In this document: positions 1-12,237 of the stretch, in pieces
How the letters are laid out: every line of letters begins with the position of its first letter
Numbering within the stretch: position 1 is the first letter of the stretch
From: Mobula hypostoma
Lineage: Eukaryota
Length of the DNA: 64,000 nucleotides
NCBI RefSeq assembly: GCF_963921235.1
Contig: NC_086108.1
Span: 82,276,001 to 82,340,000 of the forward strand
Reading direction: 5' to 3'
The notes under the pieces: model-generated
Seen by the model: only the letters and a program-made list of their open reading frames with translations
The model's database searches: none
Told to the model about the DNA's origin: nothing
Position numbers and translations under genes: made by a program

Positions 1-180
1 TTTCCCCATATGAGCACTTTCAGTGTTTTCTGCATCAGCAGTTTTTTTTAACATTTTCTTTTTGTCCCTTTTTTTTGTTTAAAGGGGAATACTTTTGCTG
101 ATCAGTAGGACATTAGAGTTATACAGCATGAAAATGGTCCACCAGTTCCACACTGACCAGTGGACATCCTTTGTTATTAA

Positions 181-415
181 TCCATAAGACGTAGGAGGGG
201 AATTAGGCCATTTGGCCCATCGAGTCTGCTCTGCTATTCAATCATGGCTGATCCTTCTCCCCCTCTTCTTCGGCCCCACTCCTCAGTCTTCTCCCTGTAA
301 CCTTTGATGCCCTGTCCAATCAAGAACTGATCAAGTTCTGCGTTAATTACACCCATTGACCTGGCCTCCACAGCTGTCTTTGGTAATAAATTTCACAAAT
401 TCCCCATCTTCTGGC
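181..415 (-). mobile_element. CR1 LINE 3' tail fragment
   Basis: Similar to the CR1 3' ends at 3835-4110 and 54350-54620 (ggccatt-ggcccatcgagtctgc...aatcatggctgatcc). Confidence 0.75.
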
Positions 416-544
416 ATTTTCCATCACTGGGTTCATAGCTTTCTGTAGGCAATTCATCTGCTCACCTGGTGTTGTCAGTGACTCATTCTCATGAAGTGCA
501 TTCAGGGTACACAGTACCTGTGTGGAATGTGTGTGCCTACAAGT

Positions 545-2493
545 CTTACTGTATAGTCCCAAACCAAAGGCCGTGGATGAACCAGGAGGTATATTGTCTG
601 CTGAAGGCTAGATCTGGCGACCCAACCCTGTACCAGAACACCCGGTATGATTTGCGGAGGGCTACTTCAAGGGCGAAGAGACAATTTCGAACGAGGTTGG
701 AGGCGACATCAGATGTACGGCAACTCTGGCAGGGTCTGCAAGACATTACTTGCTACAAAGCGAAACCCAATAGCATGAATGGCAGCGATGCTTCACTACC
801 AGATTAACTCGACACTTTCTGTGCACACTTTGAAAGGGAGAACACAACTACAGCTGTGAAGATCCCTGCTGCACCTGATGACCCTGTGATCTCCGTCTCA
901 GAGACCTATGTTAGGCTGTCTTTAAACAGAGTGAACCCTTGTAAGGCGGAAGGTCCCGGTGGAGTACCTGGTAAGGCTCTGAATACCTGTGCCAACCAAC
1001 TAGCAGGAGTATTCAAGGACATTTTCAACCTCTCACTGCTACGGGCAGAAGTTCCCACTTGCTTCAAAAAGGCAACAATTATACCAGTGCCTAAGAAGAA
1101 TAACGTGAACTGCCTTAATGACTATCGCCCGGTAGCACTCACATCGACAGTGTTGAAATGCTTTGAGAGGTCGATCATGACTAGACTGAACTCCTGCCTC
1201 AGTAAGGATCTGGACCCATTGCAATTTACCTATGGCTACAGTAGGTCAACTGTAGACGCAATCTCAATGGCTCTCCACACGGCTTTAGACCACCTGGATG
1301 ACATAAACACCTACATCAGGATGCTGTTCATCAACTTTAGCTCTGCATTTAATACCATCATTCCCACAATCCTGATTGAGAAGTTACAGAACCTGGACCT
1401 CTGTACTTCCCTCTGCAATTGGATCCTTGACTTCCTAACCAGAAGACCACAATCTGTGCAGATTGGTGATAACATCTCCTCCTCACTGACGATCAACACT
1501 GGTGCATCTCAGGGGTGTGTGCTTAGCCCACTGCTCTACTCTCTACATACCCATGACTGTGGGGCTAGGCATAGCTCAAATACCATCTATAAATTTGCTG
1601 ACAATACAACCATTGTTGGTAGAATCTAAGGTGGTGATGAGAGGGTGTACAGGAGTGAGATATGCCAACTAGTGGAATGTTGCCGCAGCATCTACCTGGC
1701 ACTCAACGTCAGTAAGATGAAAGAGCTGATTGTGGACTTCAGGAAGGGTAAGACAAAGGAACACATACCAATCCTCATAGAGGGATCAGAAGTGGAGAGA
1801 GTGAGCAGTTTCAAGTCCCTGGGTGTCACGATCTCTGAGTATCTAACCTGGTCCCAACATATCAATGTAGTTATAAAGAAGGCAAGACAGTGACTATACT
1901 TTATTAGGAGTTTGAAGAGATTTGGCATGTCAACAAATACATCAAAAACTTCTATAGTTGTACCGTGGAGAGCATTCTGACAGGCTGCATCACTGTCTGG
2001 TATGGAGGGGCTACTGCACAGGATCGAAAGAAGCTGCAGAAGGTTGTAAATCTAATCAGCTCCATCTTGGGCACTAGCCTACAAAGTACCCAGGACATCT
2101 TTAGGGAGTGGTGTCTCGGAAAGTCAGTGTCCATTATTAAAGACCTCCAGCACCCAGTGCATGCCCTTTTCTCACTGTTACCATCAGGTAGGAGGTACAG
2201 AAGCCTGAAGGCACACACTCAGAGATTCAGGAACAGCTTCTTCCCCTCTACCATCTGATTCCTAAATGGACATTGAAGCTTTGGATACTTCCTCACTTTT
2301 TTTAATATACAGTATTTCTGTTTTTGCACTTTTAAAAAATCTATTCAATATATATAATTGATTTACTTGTTTATTATTATGTTTTGTTTTTATTTTTTTT
2401 CTCTCTGCTAGATTTTGTGTTGCATTGAACTGCTGCTGCTAATTTAACAAATTTCACGTCACATGTTGGTGATAATTAACCTGATTCTGATTC
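545..2493 (+). mobile_element. Rex1/Babar LINE, 5'-truncated, decayed
   Basis: RT motifs DYRPVALTS, SSAFNTI, GASQGCVLSPLL, KFADN; C-terminal RFRNSFFP; tail ending cctgattctgattct; stops and frameshifts. Confidence 0.9.
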
Positions 2494-2629
2494 TCTGGAT
2501 GAAAAGGTCCCGTGCCCTTCCAGATCCTCTTTAAATGTCTTCCTTGGAAAACTGCATCTGGACTTGGATTGACTTAATTATTTTGCTATTTTGTAATGTT
2601 GTGTAATTGTTATTTTATTTCCCGCACAG

Positions 2630-2765
2630 GATTATTGGGTCCAAACACTTATTTAATGATGTTGTCTATAGCTCTGCGATCTGCGGACTGCCTTCTGGTG
2701 CAGACTAGCTTTGTTGCTGATGAGTATTGGCAGTCACTCGAAGTTGCTCACAATATGGTCTTCAA
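2630..2765 (+). CDS. PIGB: PIGB coding exon 2 (first exon in window)
   Basis: cacag acceptor. Encodes [44 protein letters not shown], matching the [15 protein letters not shown] region. 136 nt, followed by the U12 donor ATATCCTT. Confidence 0.95.
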
Positions 2766-2849
2766 ATATCCTTTGTATTTACAAACTATAAATACATAAT
2801 GTAAAAAAAGTAACTTTTTATGTTTTGTTCTCACTGTTCTTTCGGATAC

Positions 2850-3370
2850 AAGATATTTGGTATAACGTTTCAGCACAGTACAGGCCCTTCAGCCCATGAT
2901 ATGTTGACCTTTTAACCTACTCTTGACCCCTCCCTCCGACATAGCCCTCCATTTTTCTATTATCCATGTGCGTATCTGAGAATTTCTTAAATGCCGCAAA
3001 TACACTTGCCTCTACGACTACCCCTGGCAGAGTGTTCCATGTACCCACCACTATGTAAAGAACTTATGCCAATCTCCCTGCAGTTTCCTCTAATCATCTA
3101 AAATTATGCCCCCTTGTGTTAGCCATTTCTGCCTGGGACGAACTCTTTGGTTATCCACTCAGTCTACAGTATGCCTCTCATCACTTCTATCAAGTTACTT
3201 CTCATCCTCTTGCTCCAAAGAGAAAAGCCCTAGTTCGCTCAATCTATCTTTGTAAGACATGTCCTGTAGTCTCAGCAGCATCCTGGTAAATCTCCTTTGT
3301 GCCCTTTCTAAAACTTTCTCATCCTTTCTATAATGATGTGACCAGAAATTAATACAATATTCCAATTTTT
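2850..3370 (-). mobile_element. CR1 LINE 3' fragment
   Basis: LEYCINFWSHHYRKD...LERAQRRFTRML on the minus strand. Confidence 0.85.
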
Positions 3371-3834
3371 TGGTCTGGTTAGGCTGTGTTTTGTCCATCC
3401 ATGCTTGTTTTATAAGATTAAAAACTACACCATGCACACTATTTTGTTGGATGTAGTTTCTTTCTGTCAATTTAAACATATAAATTAGAAGTGGGAATTG
3501 GGTATTTGGCTTCTCAAACATGCTTGGCCATTTAAAATATGAATACTGATATGAAAGTAACCTCAAGTCCATGTTTACACCTAGCTACACTAGCTTTTCA
3601 CCCTCTTGTTTGTCAAGTATCTATCTGTCACTGCCGTAAATACAAGTAAAGACTCTGCTTTGAAGGCTCTCCATAGCCCTCTGAGGAAAGTAGTTCCAAA
3701 TTCATGAATCTCAGAGATGAGGTTATTTTTTCTCTCTGTCTTAATCAGCAATCATTTATTTTTATTCAGTAACCACCTAATTCTAGGAGTTTCCCACAAG
3801 AGAAAATATTTTTCTTATTTTCTCTCTACATTTA

Positions 3835-4530
3835 AACCATAAGACCATAAGATATAGGAGCAGAAGTAAGCCATTTGGCCCATCGAGTCTGCCCACCATT
3901 CAATCATGGGCTGATCCAATTCTTCCAGTCATCCCCACTCCCCTGCCTTCTCCCCATGTCAATCAAGAACCTATCTATCTCAGCCTTAAATGCACCCAAT
4001 AACTTGGCCTCCACAGCCACTAGTGGCAACAAATTCCACAGATTTACCACCCTCTGACTAAAGTAATTTCTCCGCATCTCTGTTCTAAATGGACGTCCTT
4101 CAATCCTGAAATGTTACCATCAAAATCCCATAGAATCTTAAAGGTTTTATTCGGGCTCTCTTTTGCTCTTCCATACTCAATGGATAGAAGCTTAGACTAC
4201 CCAATCTTTCCTAAGACGATTATAGGGTGGATGTGGATGGGATGTTTCTATAGTGGGGGAGTCTAGGAGCAGAGGGCACAGTGTCAGAATAGAAATTCAT
4301 CCCGTCAGAACAGAGATGAGGAGGAATTTCTTTAGCCAGAGGCTGGTGAATTTTGAGTTCATTGTCACAGGCAGCTGTGGAGGCCAAGTCATTGTGTATA
4401 ATTAAAGTGGAGGTTGATAGGTTCTCGATTGGTAAGGGCATCAGAGGTTATGGGGAGAAGGCAGGACAGTGAGGTCGAGATGGATAATAAATAAGTCATG
4501 ATGGATTGAATTCTGCTCCTATGTTTTATG
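3835..4530. mobile_element. Two CR1 3' tails in opposite orientation (3835-4110 minus, 4220-4530 plus)
   Basis: Both resemble other CR1 3' ends in the window (RNFFSQR region plus 3' UTR). Confidence 0.75.
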
Positions 4531-5419
4531 GTCATACTTTCTTTCAGTAAATATTCTTTAAATTGCCTCCAAAATATTGACATTCTTCTGTGAATAAAGA
4601 TTTCAAAACTCTGCTAGCTACTTCGGATGTGGTGTTTCCAAAACCCAAATAACCTCCATACTCTTGCGTAATTTCCTCTTGTAATAAATAATGCTTGTTA
4701 GCACTCCCAACTACTCCTTGTACGTGCATTGTAGTCTTTTGTAAATTGTGCACCAGTTCCCTCTCTGCCTTTTTGCCCTGCAGTCATTCACTATTGAAAT
4801 GACGTTCTTTGTTTTTCCTGTCAAAATGGACATTTCACATGTTCTTAGCCAGATCTTTGCTAGTCATCTGTCCTATCTAAATCATTACATCCTCTTTGTC
4901 TTTCATATCTAGCTTTTGTAATGCATGCAGATTTAGTAATCATAATTTCAGTGCCGTCAAAGAAATTTAAACGAATGGTGAAAAGTTGAGGCTGCTGTGG
5001 TGCACTGCTCATTTCTATCTTACCAACCATAAAAAATGTACTGTTTTCTGTTAAGTTGGTCAAACTTGATTTCCCTTCTGCAAAACCAAGCTTCTTGAAA
5101 ATAAGGGGTCACCCATTTAAGAGAGGTGAGACAACATTTTCTGTCTGAGAGTCATGAATTTTAGAAACCATCTTCATAAAAAAGATAAGGGAGAAACAGA
5201 ATATTAGAACATTTTAAATCAAATGTAGATAGCTACCTTCAAAAACAGAGGTGAAAGGTTAACATGGGCTGATGGGAATGTGGATTTGTGTTAACAATCA
5301 AACCTTATTAATGGCAGTCCAGGCTTGAAGGGTTGAGTGGCCTGTGCTGCCCCGAATTAATTTTGTATAACTCACATTTTGGTGATTATTGTTTTGAGAG
5401 ATATTCTTAACTTTCTCAA

Positions 5420-5537
5420 GTATGGTTATTTAACATGGGAATGGAAAGAAAGGCTACGAGGCTACACCTACCCTTTGATTTTTGCAATCTTCTATAAGTT
5501 GTTGCAAATATTCAAGAAGGACACAGTACAACTGCTG
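5420..5537 (+). CDS. PIGB: PIGB coding exon 3
   Basis: [39 protein letters not shown]; gtaaga donor; 118 nt if it starts at 5420. Confidence 0.93.
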
Positions 5538-6349
5538 GTAAGAATAAAAGAAAATCATTAATTATTGATCAAACTTGTCTCAATTGACATTTTTATTATT
5601 GAAATACAAGAAAAGTTATTAATCTTTTGGATTGCTTTTCCATTCAAACCAAGAGTATCAATACTATTGGATGCTTGGAGTGATATAGCATGAGAGAAGG
5701 CCACTTGCCCCATCACTTTTGTAGAACTATGCAATTCAACCCACTCTTACTCATTGCTTCTGATTCTTTCTCTTCTTGAAAGTATTTATCCAGTCATTGT
5801 TGTAAATTGATGTTTAGTTATCTTCCACCATCTATTCAACTTAATAGGATTAGTTTGGAAAAGCAATTCTTTTGTGTGATTTCTAGATTTTGGAGTTTTC
5901 TTTTGTGTTACTTTCTATTTCTATATCAGAACCATATTCTGCTTGTATCTGATAATATTATGAAACTTGCATTCTAACCATCCTTGTTAGGTTATTCACA
6001 TATACAGTTACAAGAAAAAGTTTGTGAACCCTTTGCAATTACCTGGTTTTCTGCGTTAATTACTCAAAGGTGGTTTGATTTTCTTCTAAGTCACAATAAT
6101 ATACAAACCCAACACACAGACAATTGTACTCCTTCTTGTCAAAATTGAGTACAGCATTTAAACAACCACAGTCTAGGTTCAAAAATGTATGTGAACCTCT
6201 GGCATAATGCCTTCAACAAAAGCTATTTGGAGTTGCGTGTTCCAATCAATGAGATGAGATTGGAGGTGTGGGTTGTAGAGGTGCCCTACCCTATAAAAAA
6301 GGCACACAATGTCAGATTACTGACAGAGCCTGCTCTTCTAAAGAAAGCA

Positions 6350-6480
6350 AACAACAGGAATTCTGCAGTTGCTGGAAATTCAAGCAACACACATCAAAGT
6401 TGCTGGTGAACGCAGCAGGCCAGGCAGCATCTCTAGGAAGAGGTACAGTCGACATTTCAGGCCGAGACCCTTCGTCAGTC
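6350..6480 (-). repeat. Penelope-type terminal-repeat fragment with hammerhead-like core
   Basis: Minus strand reads CTGACGA-A-GGGTCTCGGCCT-GAAA-TGTC-GACT; same repeat family as the end of the Penelope-like element at 53690-53780. Confidence 0.7.
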
Positions 6481-6565
6481 CTTTGTATTTACTAAAGACA
6501 TGAAAAGTACAATTGTTTGTACTTAGTTTTGGCAGATTGTGTTTGTCTGTTATTGTGACTTAGAT

Positions 6566-9500
6566 CTTCGACTCATAGGGAGAATGAGGCAGTCATAGAT
6601 GAGAGCTACAGGGAGGTAGTCACACCTAGGCTGTCGGAAGTAGGTCGTTGGGTGACAGTCAGAGGGGGGAAAGCGAAGGTGAGCAGACAGGTAGTGCAGA
6701 GCACCCCTGTAGCCATTCCCCTGAATAATAAGTTTACCATCCTGGATACTGTTGGCGGGGACGACCGACCAGGTGTGAGCCACGGTGGCAGGGCCTCCGG
6801 CACTGAGTCTGACCCATTGGTGCAGAAGGGTGGGACGGAGAAGAGGAGAGCTGTCGTCATTGGAGACTCTATAGTCAGGGGAGCAGACAGGAGATTTTGT
6901 GGACGTGAGAAGGACACCCGCATGGTTTGTTGCCTCCTGGGTGCCAGGGTCCGGGATGTCTCTGACCGGGTGCACGACATCCTGGTACGAGAGGGAAAGC
7001 AACCAGAAGTCGTGATACATGTTGGGACCAACGACATAGGCAGGAAGAGGGATGAAGTCCTGAAGTGTGAGTTTCGGGAATTAGGCAGAAGGCTGAAGAA
7101 CAGGACCTCAAGGGTGACGTTCTCAGGATTGCTGCCAGTGCTACGTGACAGTGATGGTAAGAATTGGAGGAGATGGCAGTTGAATGCGTGGCTGAGGAGT
7201 TGGTGCAGGGAGCAGGGTTTTAGATTTTTAGATCACTGGGATCTCTTCTGGGGAAGGTGAGACCTGTACAGATTGGATGGGTTGCACCTGAACTCGAGGG
7301 GGAGAAATATCCTTGCAGGTAGGTTTGCTAGCATGGTTCGGGAGGGTTTAAACTAATTTGCGAGGGGGATGGGACCCAGAGCGATAGAGCAGTGAAAGAA
7401 GTGCATGGAGTAAAGCCAGATCTAACATACAGAGAGGCTTTGAGGAAAGAGAAGCAGAATAAACGGTGTAAAGACAGTGAGGTAGAAGGGCTAAAATGTG
7501 TGTACCTCAATGCAAGAAGCATCAGGAACAAAGGTGATGAACTGACAGCTTGGATACATACATGGAATTATGATGTAGTGGCCATTACAGGGACTTGGCT
7601 GGCACCAGGGCAGGAATGGATTCTCAATATTCCTGGATTTCAGTGCTTTAAAAGGGATAGAGAGGGCGGAAAAAGGGGAGGGGGTGGCGTTACTGGTCAG
7701 GGATACTATTACAGCTACAGAAAGGGTGGGTAATGTAGCAGGATCCTCTTTTGAGTCAATCTGGGTGGAAGTCAGGAACAGGAAGGGAGCAGTTACTCTA
7801 CTTGGGGGTATTCTATAGGCCCCCTGGTAGCAGCAGAGATACAGAGGAGCAGATTGGGAGGCAGATTTTGGAAAGGTGCAAAAATATCAGGGTTGTTATC
7901 ATGGATGACTTTAACTTCCCTAATATTGATTGGCACCTGATTAGTTCCAAGGGTTTAGATGGGGCAGAATTTGTTAAGTGTGTCCAGGATGGATTCATGT
8001 CACAGTATGTGGACAGGCCGACCAGGGGCTATGCCATACTAGATCTAGTTCTAGGTAATGAACCGGGTCAGGTCACAGATCTCTCAGTGAGTGAGCATCT
8101 GGGGGACAGTGACCACCGCTCCCTGGCCTTTATAATTATCATGGAAAAGGATAGAATCAAAGAGGACAGGAAAATTTTTAATTGGGGAAAGGCAAATTAT
8201 GAGGCTATAAGGCTAGAACTTGCGGGTGTGAATTGGGATGATGTTTTTGCAGGGAAATGTACTATGGACATGTGGTCGATGTTTAGAGATCTCTTGCGGG
8301 ATGTAAGGGATAAATTTGTCCCGGTGAGGAAGATAAAGAATGGTAGGGTGAAGGAACCATGGGTGACAAGTGAGGTGGAAAATCTAGTCAGGTGGAAGAA
8401 GGCAGCATACATGAGGTTTAAGAAGCAAGGATCAGATGGGTCTATTGAGGAATATAGGGAAGAAAGAAAGGAGCTTAAGAAGGGGCTGAGAAGAGCAAGA
8501 AGGGGGCATGAGAAGGCCTTGGCGAGTCGGGTAAAGGAAAACCCCAAGGCATTCTTCAATTATGTGAAGAAAAAAAGGATGACAGGAGTGAAGGTAGGAC
8601 CGATTAGAGATAAAGGTGGGAAGATGTGCCTGGAGGCTGTGGAAGTGAGCGAGGTCCTCAATGAATACTTCTCTTCGGTATTCACCAATGAGAGGGAACT
8701 TGATGATGGTGAGGACAATATGAGTGAGGTTGATGTTCTGGAGCATGTTGATATTAAGGGAGAGGAGGTGTTGGAGTTGTTAAAATACATTAGGACAGAT
8801 AAGTCCCCGGGCCCTGATGGAATATTCCCCAGGATGCTCCATGAGGCGAGAGAAGAGATTGCTGAGCCTCTGGCTAGGATCTTTATGTTCTCGTTGTCCA
8901 TGGGAATGGTACTGGAGGATTGGAGGGAGGCGAATGTTGTTCCTTTGTTCAAAAAAGGTAGTAGAGATAGCCCGGGTAATTATAGACCAGTGAGCCTTAC
9001 GTCTGTGGTGGGAAAGCTGTAGGAAAAGATTCTTAGAGATAGGATCTATAGGCATTTAGAGAATAATGGTCTGATCAGGGACAGTCAGCATGGCTTTGTG
9101 AAGGGCAGATCGTGTCTAACAAGCCTGATAGAGTTCTTTGAGGAGGTGACCAGGCATATAGATGAGGGTAGTGCAGTGGATGTGATCTATATGGATTTTA
9201 GTAAGGCATTTGACAAGGTTCCACACGGTAGGCTTATTCAGAAAGTTAGAAGGCATGGGATCCAGGGAAGTTTGGCCAGGTGGATTCAGAATTGGCTTGC
9301 CTGCAGAAGGCAGAGGGTGGTGGTGGAGGGAGTACATTCAGATTGGAGGATTGTGACTAGTGGTGTCCCACAAGGATCTGTTCTGGGACCTCTACTTTTC
9401 GTGATTTTTATTAACGACCTGGATGTTGGGGTAGAAGGGTGGGTTGGCAAGTTTGTAGATGACACAAAGGTTGGTGGTGTTGTAGATAGTGTAGAGGATT

Positions 9501-10348
9501 GTCAAAGATTGCAGAGAGACATTGATAAGATGCAGAAGTGGGCTGAGAAGTGGCAGATGGAGTTCAACCCGGATAAGTGTGAGGTGGTACACTTTGGAAG
9601 GACAAACGCCAAGGCAGAGTACAAAGTAAATGGCAGGATACTTGGTAGTGTGGAGGAGCAGAGAGATCTCGGAGTACATGTCCACAGATCCTTGAAAGTT
9701 GCCTCACAGATGGATAGGGTAGTTAAGAAAGCTTATGGGGTGTTAGCTTTCATAAGTCAAGGGATAGAGTTTAAGAGTCACGATGTAATGATGCAGCTCT
9801 ATAAAACTCTGGTTAGGCCATACTTGGAGTACTGTGTCCAGTTCTGGTCACCTCACTATAGGAAGGATGTGGAAGCATTGGAAAGGGTACAGAGGAGATT
9901 TACCAGGATGCTGCCTGGCTTAGAAAGTATGCATTATGATCAGAGATTAAGGGAGCTAGGGCTTTACTCTTTGGAGAGAAGGAGGATGAGAGGAGACATG
10001 ATAGAGGTGTACAAAATAATAAGAGGAATAGATAGAGTGGATAGCCAGCGCCTCTTCCCCAGGGCACCACTGCTCAATACAAGAGGACATGGCTTTAAGG
10101 TAAGCGGTGGGAAGTTCAAGGGGGATATTTGAGGAAGGTTTTTTAATCAGAGAATGGTTGGTGCGTGGAATGCACTGCCTGAGTCAGTGGTGGAGGCAGA
10201 TACACTAGTGAAGTTTAAGAAACTACTAGACAGGTATACGGAGGAATCTAAGGTGGGGGCTTATATGGGAGGCAGGGTTTGAGGGTTGGCGCAACATTGT
10301 GGGCCGAGTGGCCTGTACTGTGCTGTACTATTCTATGTTCTATGTTCT
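6566..10348 (+). mobile_element. CR1 LINE, near full length (ORF1 SGNH esterase, ORF2 APE-RT), inactivated
   Basis: VVIGDSIVRG / HVGTND esterase motifs; YLNARS, SDH, NYRPVSLTS, GVPQGSVLGP, FVDD; (ttctatg)n tail; stops at 7258 and 9020 plus frameshifts. Confidence 0.96.
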
Positions 10349-10904
10349 AAGATCAGACCACATTCTATGAATAACAAATGCAGAAAACCAGGCAACTGCA
10401 AAGGACTGGCAAACTTTTTCCTGCAACTGTATGTTTGAATGAATCTTGGAAAGCTGTCATATAAAATGCAGTGATTGACAATTGTTTGTTAAGCTCCTGT
10501 ATATTAAAGCGATTAAGCTTTGTTTTCTTTAATCCCTGTTCTAAGAAAAGAGAATCTGTTTCGGGACTGGTGGTGGGCATGCAAGCAAGGTGACATCCTC
10601 TTTAAATCTAGTCGGCTGATGGAATATAATTAGGGCCTCAGTTTGGGAGAGGTGCTAATATTGAATCGCTAATCCTGGCAGGATTTTGTGGAAATGTTTA
10701 AAAAAAAGTAGAAGCAGGTATTGGAAGCAAGTTTGGGGACTTACCCCTTGTGCCCGCTTTGCCGTTCAGTAATGTTATTGATGATCCTCTACCTTAGTGC
10801 CAGTTTTTCTGCACCAACCCCCATAGCTCATGATCCTTTTTACATCTAAAAATTCTGTCAATCTCGATAGGAGTCTCCACTGCCCTCTTGGATAGTAAAT
10901 TCCA

Positions 10905-11280
10905 AATAGAGACACGAGATTGCAGATGTTGGAATTTGGAGGAACGGACAATCTGCTGGAGGAAGTCAGTGCTTGAGCAGCATCTGTGGGAGGAAAGAAA
11001 TTGTTGATGTTTTGTGTTGCGTCGGGGCTGAGAATGCAGAGCCAGGATGGCCGGCACAGGGGACTGGCGTGAAAGAATTCTGAGGCAATTGGCAGACAGA
11101 GATAACAAGATAAGATAACATAATAAGATAACAAGCAGGTGGCGGGGTGAAGTCCGAAGGGTATAGCAGGTGAGTGATGGAGGCGGGCAAAGAGAGAGAA
11201 GAGAAAAGATTTTAAAAACCAGCAAATGGAGCAAAAAGGTGAGAGTGGAGCGTGAGGATGGGAGGCGACTGCTATCTACA
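10905..11280 (-). repeat. Decayed Penelope-type terminal fragment with (GATAA)n-like tract
   Basis: gattgcagatgttgga...gctggaggaagtcag...gcagcatctgtgg motif shared with other copies. Confidence 0.55.
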
Positions 11281-11692
11281 GCCCCACTTATCTCTACCTT
11301 GCACTACCTTCCTACCATACTGAAGATTTTATGTTCTGCTGTTGACTTCTCTCTTCTTGAGCTTCATAGTTTAAGCATGTGCCATAGTCAGGGTACTCTT
11401 TGATTTCAGACTATTTTTAAGTCTTGAGTCTGACACTGTGGCTTGATACATTAAGAATTAGGAAGTAACATAATGAATGTATTCCTCAAGCCATGAAATG
11501 GACCACATTCTGCAAGATACTGGAGACAGTCAATTCAGAGTTTTACGCAAACTATTCCCGTTGCATCTCTATACAGAAGAACATGGTGTGGTCACACTTC
11601 CTGAGCAATGATTCAGACAGAAGTTTGCCCTCCAGTGTAAACTGTTTTACTGTCTGTTAACCTGCTGCAGTTGTTTTTGTTCTGTTTTACAG

Positions 11693-11797
11693 ATTTGGAT
11701 TCCTCGACTGGTCCAGTCCTTTTTGGCAGCACTGGCAGATGTAAAACTATATTCCATTGTGAAGAAACAGGCCAATGCAGAGATTGCAAAGTGGGTG
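11693..11797 (+). CDS. PIGB: PIGB coding exon 4
   Basis: ttttacag acceptor; IWIPRLVQSFLAALADVKLYSIVKKQANAEIAKWV; gtaagc donor; 105 nt, phase 0. Confidence 0.95.
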
Positions 11798-12237
11798 GTA
11801 AGCTGCTTATCTTTTGTCTTTTCGCATTTATTTTCTTTTGGGTGTATATTGTTGCCCATTAATTGAGCTCTGAAAAATCACATTCATTCCTCAATTCTGA
11901 ACTGAACTGCTCTGAAGTTAGTGCAGAATTGTCTGTTTTTATAGTTAACCTTTATGAAACAATTAATTCCATCATTTGCAAATATAACTACCAATCATAA
12001 TTATTATGTATGATACACTTCGGGTGTTAACAAACAATTAAATCTACGTGTTAGGAGCCAATAATACTTAAGAAATAGTAAAATAATTGACCAATAGTTA
12101 ATAAGCTTTTGTTAGCATCCTTATCTTGTTTGGGTATGTCTAGTGGCCTTGGTTCCCAGTATTTGAACAAAGAATTGTGTGAGGAGCAGCTAGGTTCTCA
12201 GTATTTGAGTTTTGCCTGGCAGTCTTGTCAGCTAGCA

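Larger units (their letters stand above)
2766..5419 (+). other. PIGB: U12-type (minor spliceosome) intron of PIGB, apparent AT-AA termini
   Basis: 5' ATATCCTTT at 2766; branch-site-like TTCTTAAC at 5404-5411; no long polypyrimidine tract; frame requires the intron to end at AA 5418-5419. Confidence 0.85.
6005..10429. mobile_element. Non-autonomous Tc1-like element split by later insertions
   Basis: TA|CAGTTACAAGAAAAAGTTTG at left; CAAACTTTTTCCTGCAACTG|TA at right; right TIR divided into about 6500-6565 and 10349-10429 by a CR1. Confidence 0.85.

Noticed and set aside
1..2629. PIGB exon 1, its promoter or PIGBOS1
   Set aside because: The region is LINE-derived or AT-rich with no CpG island or matching peptide; these features are presumably upstream of the window.
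6652..7260. SGNH/GDSL esterase ORFs (also about 23700-24050 and 44150-44600) as cellular lipases or a novel RT-esterase system
   Set aside because: An esterase domain in ORF1 is a known feature of CR1 LINEs, and all copies here are disrupted.
8197..8952. Many 60-180-aa ORFs antisense to LINE ORF2 (also 34791-35687, 46129-46518, 54642-55529)
   Set aside because: They are shadow frames of retroelement coding sequence with no independent homology or splice structure.
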